A DNA stretch of 64,000 nt from contig BFEA01000028.1 of assembly GCA_003427395.1 (NCBI GenBank), forward strand, positions 1,786,479 to 1,850,478. Reading direction: 5' to 3'. The notes under the pieces were generated by a model, which was not told the DNA's origin, searched no databases, and saw nothing but the letters and a program-made list of their open reading frames with translations. The stretch comes from Chara braunii (Eukaryota > Plantae > Charophyceae). Shown here piece by piece: positions 50,233 through 62,910 of this stretch. Both the position numbers and the translations under genes were made by a program. Position 1 is the stretch's first letter; each line of letters begins with the position of its first letter.

Positions 50233-52117
50233 TTCCCTTTCGCCTTTTCTTGCCGGGGATCCTGATTCAGGGCATACCCACACTAGGGACTTTTTCTACT
50301 CCACTCCGGACGTAATTGTGGTCAAATACACACATGGTGGACCGAGAAAGCCGTCAGAGAGTCTAGTCTTATTCTTCTTCCCGTCGTTGTGGATCATTGT
50401 TCCTTGGTATGCATTTATGAGTTTTCCCCTTCCGTGCTCTTGTTCTTCCTCCTTGGGACAACCTCAACGACTTCTCCAAATGGTGCCTTGTTCCCACGTG
50501 TCCAATTGTTGCAACTCCACGGCTATTTTGCGTAAAGCTGACTTTGGGTTCTTTTGGTGTTCTTATAGAAACACAAAGGCATACTCCTCATTTCTTCTTC
50601 GCCGACAATTTATGGGATCGACCCTCATGACCCTTCTGAACTGTAATCAGATTTGTAAAGGTTTGGACCAATGCTCCTTTTCACCTTCTGTGACTCTCTT
50701 CACCTTTTTTTTTTTTTTTTTTTTTTTTTACATCAGATGCCGGTGCCTTATCCTTGGAGAACGGCTGCTGATGGCTCCGATCTCATTCGAGGAGAGCAGC
50801 ACGTGGCGGAAACCGGGTCCAGCGTCCCACGATACATCGAATCGTGACCCTGTTCATCTTTTTGACGTCAACTTACATGATACATCGAAGCTGACTCTCT
50901 TCACCTTTTGATGTCAACTTACAAGCAGTCTGAATGTGTTCCACTCAGTCATTGTTCCAACACCAGTTGAATTGTTCCCAAATTTTCCAGTGTAGAAGGT
51001 TTTCTCCACAATAGCAAGCTTTCCACTATAGCAAGCTTTCGTTCCCTTACCCACTGGGCATTTCCTCTTGCTTTCTAGGGGCATTTCCCTTTGCTTTCTT
51101 CAACCAGTCACTTCAACCTTCATCTAATCTCCATCTCCCACCAAGATCTCTCGTGCCCAACCATGCAGCCTTAAATCCTTCCCATCGATAGCTTTAGCGT
51201 GTCTCCTCCTCCTTATACCCTACCATTCACTTTCCTGATAGGAGCTGCACAAGACTTTCACTAATCAACATGTGGAGGAGTGAGCATCTGTCCACCTGAT
51301 TCGGAATCTAGAGGGGAAGGGGAGCGGGGACTGCAAAGGGAACACTAAAGGAGCCCTACAGAGATTGCCTTTTTTCCAATCGACGCTTGGTTCAGAACAG
51401 CAGAATGAAAAATGCTCCCCGTAACCTGCAACATTCTCAGAGTATATTTTGCCAAATTTCTTTTGTGCTGTTGCCGGTGCCCTTTTCTTCCGCGCCACTA
51501 CATTTTGTCCCGGCCTGGATGAGCACCCGGGACTCCGTCTCATCCACCCAGACCTTTGGCACTTTTTTTTCCACCCCAGCTCACTTTGAGGCTGGGCCTG
51601 TGTACGGCTTTTTGTGCCAGGCCGTTTTTCCTTCCAGGCCCTCTTGCTGAGACTGCAAGGGAGGGGATGGACAAGAGCAGGGACACAGGGTACACGTTCA
51701 TAGGCCCAGCCTGGGTTTGTAGCCACACGGCCTCACATCCGGTCTGCCGTACATCAGTTAGATCGGACGGCCCAGGTGGAGGCCAACCTTGGTACCTTGG
51801 TGAGTAGCTCGCCTAGTACTATTTACGAGAGACCAGCCCAGTAGTTCAGAGGTGTTTCTCACTTGCTTCCCATGCCACCAGGCTGCCGAGTTTAGCAGCC
51901 CAGATCTAGTTGAGGTCGATGAGCACCGTTAGAGGAGTTACAGTAGCGCTGTAGGAGGTCAGAGGAGAGCGGAGGTCAGCGTGGAGGCGGTCTACTCACC
52001 TGACACCATATCTTGGAGGTCTGCTGACACCCATAGCTGGTCTTCTTCTTCCTCAAGACACCTGCAGTGCATCAGCGGGTCAAGGCTCTCCCTCTCATGG
52101 TCATTATCATCTACGGC

Positions 52118-52187
<70 letters not shown>

Positions 52188-53456
52188 CTTCCACATTCCT
52201 CCTTGTCCTCTCTACATCCTCTAGACACATAAAGAGACTGGAGACTTGACAGTGGTGCTATGGGAGTCAGCTCCCTGGTTCAAGATATGAGATTCATTGT
52301 CAGAGGGCGTTTTGGAGGTTGCAGGCAGACCGGGGTGGAGTGATGCCAGACATTCCGTTTTCTTCTGCTGCTGCTTCTTCTTCCTTCCTTCCTTCCTTCC
52401 ATCTCCCTCCACCTGTGTGATTGCTGGAGGGAGGTTCTTCTATGATTGGACCCCTCCCCGCTTGTGTGAGATCAGATCTGCATCAAACTGTCATTTTGCC
52501 ACATTGTCAGTCAGTCCTGTCTGATCTGAGTCGACTGCTGCGTGACATTGCATCTCTTCCTCATATTCATGATGTTTGGACTTGCATTGCCGCCAGGCAA
52601 GCATCAGTTAGGCACCTTGAACCCCTTTAACGAGCAGCTCATGGTTGAGCCTGCACAGAACTCAGAGGAAAAAGAATGAATGGCACAAAACAACGTCCGT
52701 ACACACCAGCTTTTGTCATCCAGACGGTCAGGAAACCCTGCACCCATTTCTGGAACAGTACATACACGAAACTGTGGAGAACTGAGAGAAGAGATGAATG
52801 GCACCGCAACAAAAAGGAGATAAGCATACCTTGGTACAATGAGAAACATTGTAGCTGCAAAAGTCTGTACTAAGATATTCTTACCAAACTAAGACCGTGA
52901 TGAAACATGACGGGCGACAGCAGAGATCCATAAGACCGTGATGAAACATGACGACGGGCGACAGCAGAGATCCATCCGCAAACGACGACACAATTATCAC
53001 ATACACATTCAGAAAACCACACCTGATTGATGCAAAGGGTAGGCTAAATCTAGTGCAGGCGATGGACGCTTATATTGATCGGTTCACAATTGCTATGGAC
53101 CGATCAGACATGTGCGGCACACGCAGTACCGCTCACGCATTTGATGATGAATGGCATGTTCATCCTACGATCAGTCTGTGAATAGTACGTCAGCCTTGAG
53201 ATGAATGGAAAGGACTACAAGTTATATCATACAGCCAGCTGTATCCTGGCCCCTGACCGGTCAAGCAATCATCAAAGCAAAGCACATTGCCTGCTACACC
53301 TATCTGTGCTCATGACTGACCGCCTTCTCCTCAAAATCTTTTCTGTTGTACTGAATCACAACCAACGCACATACATCCATTCTGCCACTGTCCTCCATTC
53401 GACAAGCAAACTGGCACAGACATGATACAAGCTTCCAAGTCCCAGCAACCTGCTAA

Positions 53457-53578
53457 GGGCATACTCACACGAGAACCTTTTTTAAGCCCATCTGACTGCA
53501 ATTACGCCATGATCAGGATGCACCTGATCGCAACCGCGTCCTGAGCTGAGTCGAAAAAGTCCTAGTGTGAATATGCCC
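53457..53578. mobile_element. PIF/Harbinger (Tourist-like) MITE, 122 bp
   Basis: TAA|GGGCATACTCACACGAGAACCTTTTT...AAAAAGTCCTAGTGTGAATATGCCC|TAA. A further lone left TIR lies at 50270. Confidence 0.85.
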
Positions 53579-53919
53579 TAAGTAAGGTGGCAAGTTCTGG
53601 CAAGCAGGAAACAGACAGACTAACAAACATTTGCAGGTCCGCAAGTCATCCAATCCTCTTCAGATTCTGCAAATGCTGGACTACCCGTAGCTTTTGTCTG
53701 TCAGCTTGTGTTTTCTTGCTCTTCCTCATCACACCTTCTCGTGATCTACGCTCCTCATCCCCTACCCCTACCCCTACCCAACCATCCTCCTGTACAGTCT
53801 CCCCCCAGGTCTGCTTCCATATCCTTCCTACTGCCTGGAACAGAAGGAACTTCGTTTATTTTACAACAATAATCACACATACCTATGCTGCTGCTCATTG
53901 TTGCCACTTTCAAATCCAG

Positions 53920-54465
53920 CCAAGGAACAAATTTGCTGAAGAAGCGTCCACTTTTCAGTAATACCTGCCAAGAGGAGGAAGAACTCCACAAAACGCAGGC
54001 ACCGTTCACCTGCTCTAGTCCGCCCCCAAATATTGTTTTAATGCGCAGGCTGCCATTGCTGTTGCTCAAGGCTCTCTTCAAACCACAACTGTTTCAGAGC
54101 CCTGTCTTGCCGAATCTGCAGGCTCAGTATCAGGATTGGGCCGGTGGCGTCCCAACCTCTTTTGAGCCCCTGCTGCTCACCACTATCACAATTTTCAAGG
54201 GCCAACAGATAAGCCCCGAAGAACAAATTTGCGGGAGAAGTTCGGGTATTGAAGTTCGGCTGTTCAGTCGTACCTGCAAAAAGGAGGAACTCCACAAAAC
54301 GCATGCGCACTTCCCCCTGCTCAACTCCACCCACAAATAGTATCTTCGCGTACAGGGCGCTATGTTGTTGCCCAAGGCTCTCCTTAAACCACCACTGTTT
54401 TAGAACCAGTCTTGTTGAACCTGCAAGCTCAGCAATGGGACTAGGGCGGTGGCATCCAACCTGCT
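53920..54465. repeat. Diverged ~300-bp tandem duplication downstream of the DUF4211 gene
   Basis: gaacaaatttgc...gaactccacaaaacgca...caaggctctc...ggtggc(g/a)tcc occurs twice (about 53920 and about 54220). Confidence 0.8.
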
Positions 54466-54923
54466 CTCAGCACACGAGCAATTTAAAAGAAAAAGAATAA
54501 AAAAAAGGGACCAAGCCTGGGATCCAGGTTCAGTTGGGGGTTCCCCCAGCAGATGCAAATTTCTACCATACAGCCAATACCTGGACGCTATTTCCACTTC
54601 CGAAGAGCCTACTAGGGGCCTCCTGGGAATTCCGTGGAAAATTCTGCGCCCGTGGATTCGCTGACAGCTTAAAGCTGCACCAGCACTCGCAGCAACAAGC
54701 GCAGCCGCAGCAAACAATGACCATAACAGGATGCATCGGCACAACTCACTAGTGCTCTGAGAGGTCGCAACAGCGACCACAGTACCAAATAAACAGTGTG
54801 GTCTACCAGCCGCTACTCTCATTTGGGATCACTTGAAATGGCGAAGGCAGCATACAGCCTACAACAACGGCCTGCCTATCATCTGCACAACGCTTTGGGG
54901 TGGCAGAGCCTGCACACCCAGAC

Positions 54924-55577
54924 TCATGGCCAGCTACTGTCGTCCGTGTTGCTGCTGCTACTCGGTGAGCTGCGACTGTCACTAGAAGAAGATTTTCCAT
55001 CTTTGACAACATGATGGGGTGAAGGTCTATCATCCATTTTCTTTGGCGAGGATTTGAGGGAGGAGAACTCCCATTCGCCTTTTCCATCCCAATCCGCTCT
55101 CTGAAGAGCCTCGGTGAGAGCAAGCACCGGATACTGGCACTTCCCTCCCCTGGTGTTCTTTCTCCCATCCCTCACCACGCCGCCTACGAACAGCTCTGCC
55201 TCCTCAATTAAACCTGAGAAGTTCTTATAAAAACTCTCCACATATAGCTTTCGGTCGAGCATTCCATACAACAGGGTCTCTTTCCGATTTCCGCCTTCCG
55301 GAACATTCAGCCAGAGTCTCTGTATGTCCCACCGCAAGCGTGCCAGCAAATGGAATTTGTAATGCTGCAAGCAGTGGTAAACGGAACTGCGAAGGGAGCA
55401 GTGCCAGCCCACATCCACAGTTGTTCTTTTCCTTTTCCCAACCTTAACCCTGACAGGACAGGCAGCCTCCACGTCAGTTTTCCCATCAGTTTCCTGAGCA
55501 GGTGCCTCTTCCAGAAGGTCAGAGAAATCAAATTCCCACAAGGCGCTGGGCTTGTAGCTACCACCCACAAAAACCAG
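54924..55577 (-). CDS. DUF4211/CCDC82-like protein, terminal exon
   Basis: Acceptor gtgttttacag|CTG at 55578/55577 is phase 0 and in frame with the exon ending at 62197. LVFVGGSYKPSALW...VGWHCSLRSSVYHCLQHYKFHL matches the CCDC82-family G..Y / VG..C..R...YH.L.H.K..L pattern from memory. Ser-rich tail, TGA at 54926-54924. Confidence 0.82.
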   Translation of the reverse strand: MVFVGGSYKPSALWEFDFSDLLEEAPAQETDGKTDVEAACPVRVKVGKRKRTTVDVGWHCSLRSSVYHCLQHYKFHLLARLRWDIQRLWLNVPEGGNRKETLLYGMLDRKLYVESFYKNFSGLIEEAELFVGGVVRDGRKNTRGGKCQYPVLALTEALQRADWDGKGEWEFSSLKSSPKKMDDRPSPHHVVKDGKSSSSDSRSSPSSSSNTDDSSWP

Positions 55578-55888
55578 CTGTAAAACACAGGCACACATGC
55601 TAAAGTCAGCGTACAGGCGGCAATTCCATCAAAGACATGCGGGTCAACGTAATAATCCACTTACCAGGGGGAGAAAAAATAAAATAAAAGAGGGCTTAGA
55701 GGGGGGAACAAAAGGGGTTAAGAGACCTGACACCCACCCTTTAAAAAATCCATTAAATTTGGGATGGTAGTACGCTATAGAGAAGATTAGCATGCCCCCT
55801 GTGCACGGATGGCACATACAAGTCAAGAAATGCTAGACAATCAAAGGGAAAAGACGAAAGAAAGCAAGCAAGAAAGAAGCCTGACCCC

Positions 55889-55919
<31 letters not shown>

Positions 55920-56123
55920 AAAAAAACCCCCCCCCCCCCCCCCCCCCCCCCACAAAAAGACAGAAATAATCCTTCCATCCTCGCGCAATAACAACCCAAT
56001 CAATCAACCCACAACATCCCAGACCCCAACACGGACAAATCATATCCAAACAATCTAACGCCCATCCGACGCAATCCCCTCCCCCACACCCTATACTTCA
56101 GACACACTATCACTTCCCCCATC

Positions 56124-56161
56124 CTGTCTCTTATACACATCTAGATGTGTATAAGAGACAG
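56124..56161. other. Nextera mate-pair junction adapter (two head-to-head Tn5 mosaic ends); assembly artefact
   Basis: Exact CTGTCTCTTATACACATCT+AGATGTGTATAAGAGACAG. Confidence 0.98.
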
Positions 56162-56624
56162 AATATTGACACTCCAAAAAACGCACCAAGAGACTTCATG
56201 CTCCAGCCATTCCGGCCCCCCTCTCCAACAACCAAGTCGCAGCTAAAATACCCAGGGACCACCAATTCCTTACCCCTCACATCCAACCATACACCCCGCC
56301 TCTTCTCACCATCAGACAGACACAAATATTGACACTCCATCCTCAGCCCTCACTTTTCACAAGCCCGGTTGGGGCCCCAGTAGAAGGTGGCTTCCTAGGG
56401 TATAGGGTATAGGGGTTACGTACATGATTATGTACATGATTACGCACATGATTGTAAATACATGACCTTATTTCTTTATCTTCTTGTAGCAATTCTGAAT
56501 ACAAATTCAAGAAAAAAGCAAGGGGTGCCTGTCTGCTTATACTTGTCACAATGACAGTTGCAGATCCCACTCTGAGAACTCTGTGTTTTCTAAGAAGTCA
56601 CTGCCTTTCTGACGAGTTATTTAT

Positions 56625-56816
56625 TACCAAGCTTTCGATGTCTGAAGCGTTTTGGCTTGCCTGCGAGCCCAATGTGCATCTTTCTAGTACCCAAGCTTTC
56701 TATGTCTGAAGTGTATTGGCTTGCTTGCGAGCCAATGTGCATCTTTCTAGTACCCATGCTTTCCATGTCTGAAGTGCTTTGGCTTGTCTGCAAGCCAATG
56801 TGCGTCTTTCTAGTAT
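56625..56816. repeat. ~63-bp tandem repeat x3
   Basis: Units of the form ccaagctttc.atgtctgaag.g..ttggcttg...gcgagccaatgtgcatctttctagta. Confidence 0.9.
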
Positions 56817-57717
56817 CCACTGAGTCTGTTGAGCGCTACCAAATTACTCAAGAGTTTGCCCACGTTGTCCTGTGTCTCGGGAGTCACATGTTTGTAAATC
56901 CATGTCGATATAGAGAGACAGGGGAAATTAGATAGCCCAGGGAAATACGTGTATATGTAGAACAGGGTGTGATATATATATATATAGGGTAACGGACCCA
57001 TCAGGGATTTTCTCTTCTGTAACTCCAGGAGGCCCTGCAGTCCAATAGGATTAGAACTTAGAAGTAGGACAATGATGGCACCGGACCAAGCCCAGACAGA
57101 CATCAGGTCATGTCCCTAGAGAACAGGTCGGCTTACAGTCTGCAATAAGAGGTCGATGGACCCTGGGGTAGGTGGATTAGGGCCTAGAATGGCCGAGGGC
57201 TACGAAGCTTGCCCGGTTGGGCAGCCTCGGGCTGGAGAAAAGACCTCCATAGCTATAGAGCACGAGTACAAGCGAGAACGAAAAAGGATAGTCTATAGTT
57301 GTTGAGTTAGTGCTCACATTGGGCATGTAGACGAAGAAGAAGAAGAAGACTTCAGCTTACCAAGACGAAGAAAAAGAAGAAGAGGGAGGCTGTAATGAGG
57401 ACTCCCCTTTGGGTATTGTTGACTCCCATCTTTACAACTGTGTGATTCACTGCATCAACAAGGCCATTTTACGGATCTGCTGAGTGGAGACTTCACACAA
57501 GAAATGAGGTTCCAGTGGAGAGACGGGGGAGTTTTCCTTGTGTTGTCTTCTGTGCATCCCGTTTGGGAGATGTTGATAACATGCTGGACATGAGATGCGC
57601 TGCATCAACAAGGCCATTTTACAGATCTGATGAGCGGAGACTGCACTCAAGAAAGCAGCAGTATAGGAATGGGATATGAGTGGAGACTTCACTCAAGAAA
57701 AGCCGCAGTATGGGAAA

Positions 57718-58540
57718 TTGGAATGGGATAAACATTGCACCTAATCATTTAAGAAGTTAGAAGAGGCGTTAATACACATTACCACCTTCTGAAGAACGCA
57801 GGTCCTTCCATACCTTCCGTAGTTACAACAGATACGAGTCAGATCGGAATAAGGGCTGTACTGTAACAGGATGACGGCAAACTACACGCATGCACATACG
57901 AGAGAGAACTACACACACTATACGAGTCGTTGCAAACTTGGCAGCAGTTGTCTTCTGACAGAGAAGAGAAGCTGCATGCACATACGAGAGCGAACTACAC
58001 ACACTATACGAGTCGTTGCAAACTTGGCAGCAGTGTCTCCTTGGTAGACACTTCAAAGTCTACTCGGACCACGAGATCCTGTGATGGCTGAAAACTCAGT
58101 CTAGAGTGTCAGCGGCTGAAAACTCAGTCTAGCGTCAGCGAAATTAGCAAGGTGGTCGCAGGAGACTGACGAGTTTGATTTTGAATTGAAGCCCGTCAAA
58201 GGGAAGTATTATAATGTCCTAGGGCCGATGCCTTGTTCTGTAGAGCAGACTATTTCTGACGGACCTCAATGTCGCACACGAATTATAGCAGAAAATCAGA
58301 AACGCAATCGCTACAGACCCCATACTTATTGAAGTAATTGATTGTGTAAAGAACAGACCCCAAGATGTACCCGAAAATAGAATGACTAACGGACACAACT
58401 TTCTGTCACCCAGAGGAGAAGACAGACTGTGTATTCCAAGCTATGAGCATATTCCTAGTATGATCCTAGGACAGTGCCACAACACAGGGGCTACATTTTT
58501 GACAGAGAACAGAAAGAAAGATATACACAACTATACTTGG
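57718..58540 (+). pseudogene. Ty3/Gypsy pol relic: RNase H and integrase zinc-binding region
   Basis: WDKHC..SFKKLEEAL...VVTTDTSQIGIRAVL*QDDG; TYERELHTLYESLQTWQQ (duplicated); LLGRHFKVYSDHE; FDFELKPVKGKY; ADAL..RADYF; DRLCIP..MILGQCH. Stops and frameshifts throughout. Confidence 0.9.
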
Positions 58541-59439
58541 TTTTACTCCACCCACAAACGGGAAAAATTAGAGGTGTAGGGAGGACAGGCCGGACGTTGA
58601 TACGGAAGATAAGACAGGGCGGAGCAGGCGGAAACCTCAGACGGTTAACAAACATGACATTCTGCATGACAAGGAAGTTTAGGCACCAAGGCGACCCACA
58701 GAATTTTCGATAACTGGCCAAAGAGGGTTTAGGCCCTTTGGGAAGCGCTGCAGGAGTAGTAGTAGCGCTAGCAGTAGTCTTCAGCGCTGGGCGCTAGTAG
58801 CGTTAGCAGTAGTCTTCAGCGCTGGGCTCTAGTAGGAGCTAGGATAGTACTGGAGAGAGAGAGAGATTGGGCGGAGGCCAGGGAGACTTACCTGCAGCGC
58901 CATAGCTCCAGCTCCGTCTTCGAGATACCTGCAGCACAGCGCCAACTTCACAGGTTAGTACCTGGCACGTGAGAGAGAGAGAGAGAGANNNNNNNNNNNN
59001 NNNNNNNNAGAGAGAGAGAGAGAGTTCTTCTTCTTCCTCTTCTCAGTCCACCATCTCCCTCTCACTCTCTCGCTACCTGACTTCACTGCGTCAGCAGACT
59101 ACGAGAGAAAGAGAGAGCTTGGTGACATTTGGATCCAGACTCGACATTTGGGCTTCAAAAAAAAAAAAAAAGGGTTTAGGCCCTTTAGGGTTTGGGGGTT
59201 TTGGAGCGACCCCTATCTCCGGACTCGAGACTAAGAGGGAGACAAAGTCTAAAGCGTGGGGCCTTGCAAGGGTAATCAAGGCTCAGCCAGAGTAGTGGTG
59301 GAGCTCTTTCTGGTTTTCTGAGGACATATCTGGCAGATCTACGTAACAGATCTGAGAGGAAAGGGTGACGCACGGCAAACTGACAGTCAATCCTCCACTA
59401 GGTTGGAGTAATCAATGCTGTTCAGGGGTCCTTCGGCCA

Positions 59440-60600
59440 GACAGAAGGAAGCGTGGGTATATCATATTTGTAAAACTATTTTGACTTGCCGGTGGAATAG
59501 GAACCGGACTGGTGCTCCCCAGAATGGAAAGGAGCCAGGACCTCAAGGCCCTGTTTAAAAAAAAAAAAAAAAAAAAAAAAAACACTTCCCATTCCCTCTG
59601 GACCTGGAAAATCAGCCTCTATTGACTTCATGGACACCGAGGTCAAGAGTAGAAGCGGGAACAATCAACTGATAGTGATTGTGGATCGACTCAGTAAGTT
59701 TCATCCTTCTGCCTGCTGAAGCTCAAACCGGACGTGTCATTCTAGAGTTCTTGGCCGACTGGGTTAACGAGAATGGGAACCGTGTAACCATACCCAGCAA
59801 AAGAGATGTCCGATTCACCAGCAAAGGATGGCAGCAGGTGATGAAAAAATGCTGTTCTAAGTAGATCATGTCGTTGGGGACTCAGGGAGGCACCCAGAAA
59901 CCTATCGTCAACGCGAGCAGAGGAACAAACTACTGCAAAACAAACTACTGCAAAACAAACTACTATGCATATACATTGCACCAGATCAGATAGATCGCGA
60001 TGTGAAATTTCCAAGGGTTGCCAGTGCTGATAATAACTCAGTGCATCCGTTTTACCAGTAGAACGCCATTCGAGTTAAGTGCTCAAAATCACTCCATAGA
60101 TGAGTAATATAAGATAGTGGCATTTATAAGAAAGATTTCTGGAAAGATGGCTAAAAAATCATTGTCAAACATGGCTATCTTCTCTTTTTTGGTCTGCGGC
60201 CGGTCTCACAAAGGGTGGACACATTGTAGATCGTGAGACTGCCTAGATCCAGACCAGGTACACAGATTGTCACCTGGATCCCACGAATCTGGCATTGACA
60301 TGCGAAATAGATATTAGAAAAGTCACAGAGAACATTAGACATGCACAAGGGAAGATAGAAAGCAGGCTAACAAGCATAGGAGGCCGTTGCAGTTCACTGT
60401 TGGCGACTAAGGAACGGCAATGTCTAAAGAATTCCTACCAGAGGCAGAAATCTCTCAGAAGTTGCTTTCCTGCATAATACTGTGTACCTTCGAAAGTAGC
60501 AGATGCAGTGGGCGGAGCCGATGGTCCCTCTTACGTCATCGATGTAAGAAGTCCATATTTTGAAAACCTATCCCGTCTTCCATGCTGCTGCCCTGTCTGA
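59440..60600 (+). pseudogene. Ty3/Gypsy pol relic: integrase core and C-terminal region
   Basis: LPIPSGPGKSASIDFMDTEVKSRSG..IVIVDRLSKF; SKRDVRFTS; YPVFHAAAL. This resumes the frame interrupted at about 58540 by a ~0.9-kb insertion. Confidence 0.88.
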
Positions 60601-60703
60601 CAGATAACTAGTTTCCCCCACCCAGATCAATGATCCCTCCTGATTTGGAGAGCAGCTATATAGGCTATAACATAAGCCAGTGTCGTCAATCAAGCAACTT
60701 ACA

Positions 60704-60776
60704 GGACATGAAGGAGGACTCGAGCCTCCGAATGACAGGGCCAGAACCTGTTGCCTTACCACTTCGCTATACCCAC
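60704..60776 (-). pseudogene. tRNA-Gln-like relic (CTG anticodon), organellar/bacterial type
   Basis: GTGGGTATAGCGAAGTGGTAAGGCA ACAGG TTCTGGC CCTGT CATTC GGAGG CTCGAGT CCTCC has perfect anticodon and T stems and the AAGTGGTAAGGC D-loop of plastid/bacterial trnQ. The acceptor stem is broken. Confidence 0.75.
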
Positions 60777-61499
60777 AGATGCAGTACAAATGTACATTTC
60801 AATACCAAGAACCAGAAGATGACCGGCCGTTCCCGAGGAATGAACTACCGCCATCTCCCGAATAGAACGCCCGGTCATTATAGCTGTATTTGGCACGACT
60901 TTCAGCCCAGATACGGCGATAATTACCGGGCGTTCTATTTGGGTGAAGACGGTAGCTGAGACCGTCCCTAGAATAGTGTCACACTACGAGCGAGGAGTCT
61001 GCAGATTTCAGACAGGAGGTAAAAGTTTAGAACTTTCTCAGAGTACCTTGAATTTACACCGGGGGGGGGCAAAGGATTTCAGGCCCTGGTCCCACTTCCA
61101 ATTCCACTCCAGCATACCACAATTCCATGTTCCATGCACAGCCCCATACCCGGTAGGTCCGCAGGCTGTCCTCGTCAATCTCCCATAGGGTCCATAGTGC
61201 ACAGTCAGCTGAGTTCGGTATAAGTTGGGTCCAGTCGGCAGGTACTGGTGCAAGTCCAGTTTGCCGCCTCGTCCCAAGAAAGTCTGGGAACTTCCCAACG
61301 TCAGCGGCACCGGCCACTGCCACCCGAGCCAGGGTTCAGTACCTGAAAGTCCAAGGCTGAGGGACGCGGTCCACTTGCCAAAGACATCAAGACGTACTCT
61401 GCACAGACTTGAGGTGGAAGTGCTGTTGCTCTAGTGTGTGACCAAATTACCCTGAGCGGCTGCATGAGTTACTTAGTCAATAGCACCGTGCGCCATATC

Positions 61500-61564
<65 letters not shown>

Positions 61565-62196
61565 NNNNNNNNNNNNNNNNNNNNNNNNNNNNNNNNNNNN
61601 NNNNNNNNNNNNNNNNNNNNNNNNNNNNNNNNNNNNNNNGTTGAGAGAGAGAGGAAGCCATACCTGTTAAAGGTGTTGGGTGACCATCACCTCCCAAGGG
61701 TGTATACATGAGACTGTTGTATAAGTCTTTTTAATTTCTGCACAATTTCCAAATAGAAGGGAAGCTCGTCGCAGAAAACGGTTGGATGGAGTCAATTCAG
61801 ACACGGAGGGAACTAAATTGGTCTAGACCCAACATGAATCTCAAACCCCCTCTATCTAGACCTTTTTTTTTTTCTTTTTTTTTCTTTTTTTTTGGGGTGT
61901 TGGACCACCCAAGGGTGGTTAGCCTAAACCGTACGAGTTCATATAGTCCGTAATACTCCGTATACTATTCCTGTCCTTATCGAGGGAGATGCTAACCTTC
62001 TCTCAGCTCAACGAACACAGCCTTTATCTAGACCTAACATATTAATAAAACTCAAATCTTTTCGTTTTGCTTGGAGCGTGATAAAGAACAAACATCCATG
62101 ATGGTCCCACCCAACCACCTGAACAGCCATACTGAGACGCACACACATAGACAGGAGCAGAAACGTTTCTCCTGGAGGCTCTGCCAGCTCTCTCAC

Positions 62197-62358
62197 CTGA
62201 TATGCGGCTGGATGTCCACGTCTCCTGCATGCAACACACTCTTCCCCAGAAGGTCCATCTGTAACATCAAGACTTGGATACGAATCCAACAAACTCTTCA
62301 TGTCTAGCCTCCACGTCATATCATTCAGAACAGCATCTCTTCGGCTTTTCAAAGCTCT
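62197..62358 (-). CDS. DUF4211/CCDC82-like protein, penultimate exon (54 aa)
   Basis: Acceptor tatgTAG at 62361-62359, then RALKSRRDAVLNDMTWRLDMKSLLDSYPSLDVTDGPSGEECVACRRRGHPAAYQ, then donor CAG|GTGAGA (phase 0). The W...YP...CxAC.R..HPA pattern resembles DUF4211. No upstream exon was confidently located in the window. Confidence 0.8.
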
Positions 62359-62845
62359 CTACATAAGAGACATACGGTACGACACGTACGAAAGAAAAGC
62401 AAGACACCTCATGTAATGATGACCAAAACCACCTTTTCCCTTTAAAAACAAAAAAACGGGGAGGGCAGGGGGAACGGGGAGGGGGAGGGGGAGGGGAAGG
62501 AGAGGGGTTCCATCTTTTCTTCAAAAAAAAAAAGCAAAAAAAAAACCATCTTCTCATAACATAAAAAAGAAAGATCAACGACTAAATGGACATTTTCAAG
62601 ACTTCTTCCCTCATTCCCGACCTTCTTACCCCTGACGTTTCAGAGGAATGTACCAAAAGATCAAATAGACATCAATAAAAGACATAATTTGAAATAGCCA
62701 AGCAAACAAATAGACATTTTCACGTACCAGAACAACAGCTGGGGAAGACAGGTCAAATTGAGTGCACCATGCTTTATGACCCAGTTGTGATCGCCAACGG
62801 GAGCAATCACAGCGAAAGCACATGTAGCATAAGGGTAAGTGTGCC

Positions 62846-62910
<65 letters not shown>

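Noticed and set aside
56124-56161. Genuine Tn5/IS50 insertion or horizontal transfer
   Set aside because: These are synthetic mosaic ends in the exact mate-pair junction arrangement, with no transposase.
59171-59200. Interstitial telomere array
   Set aside because: Only one or two TTTAGGG-like units are present.
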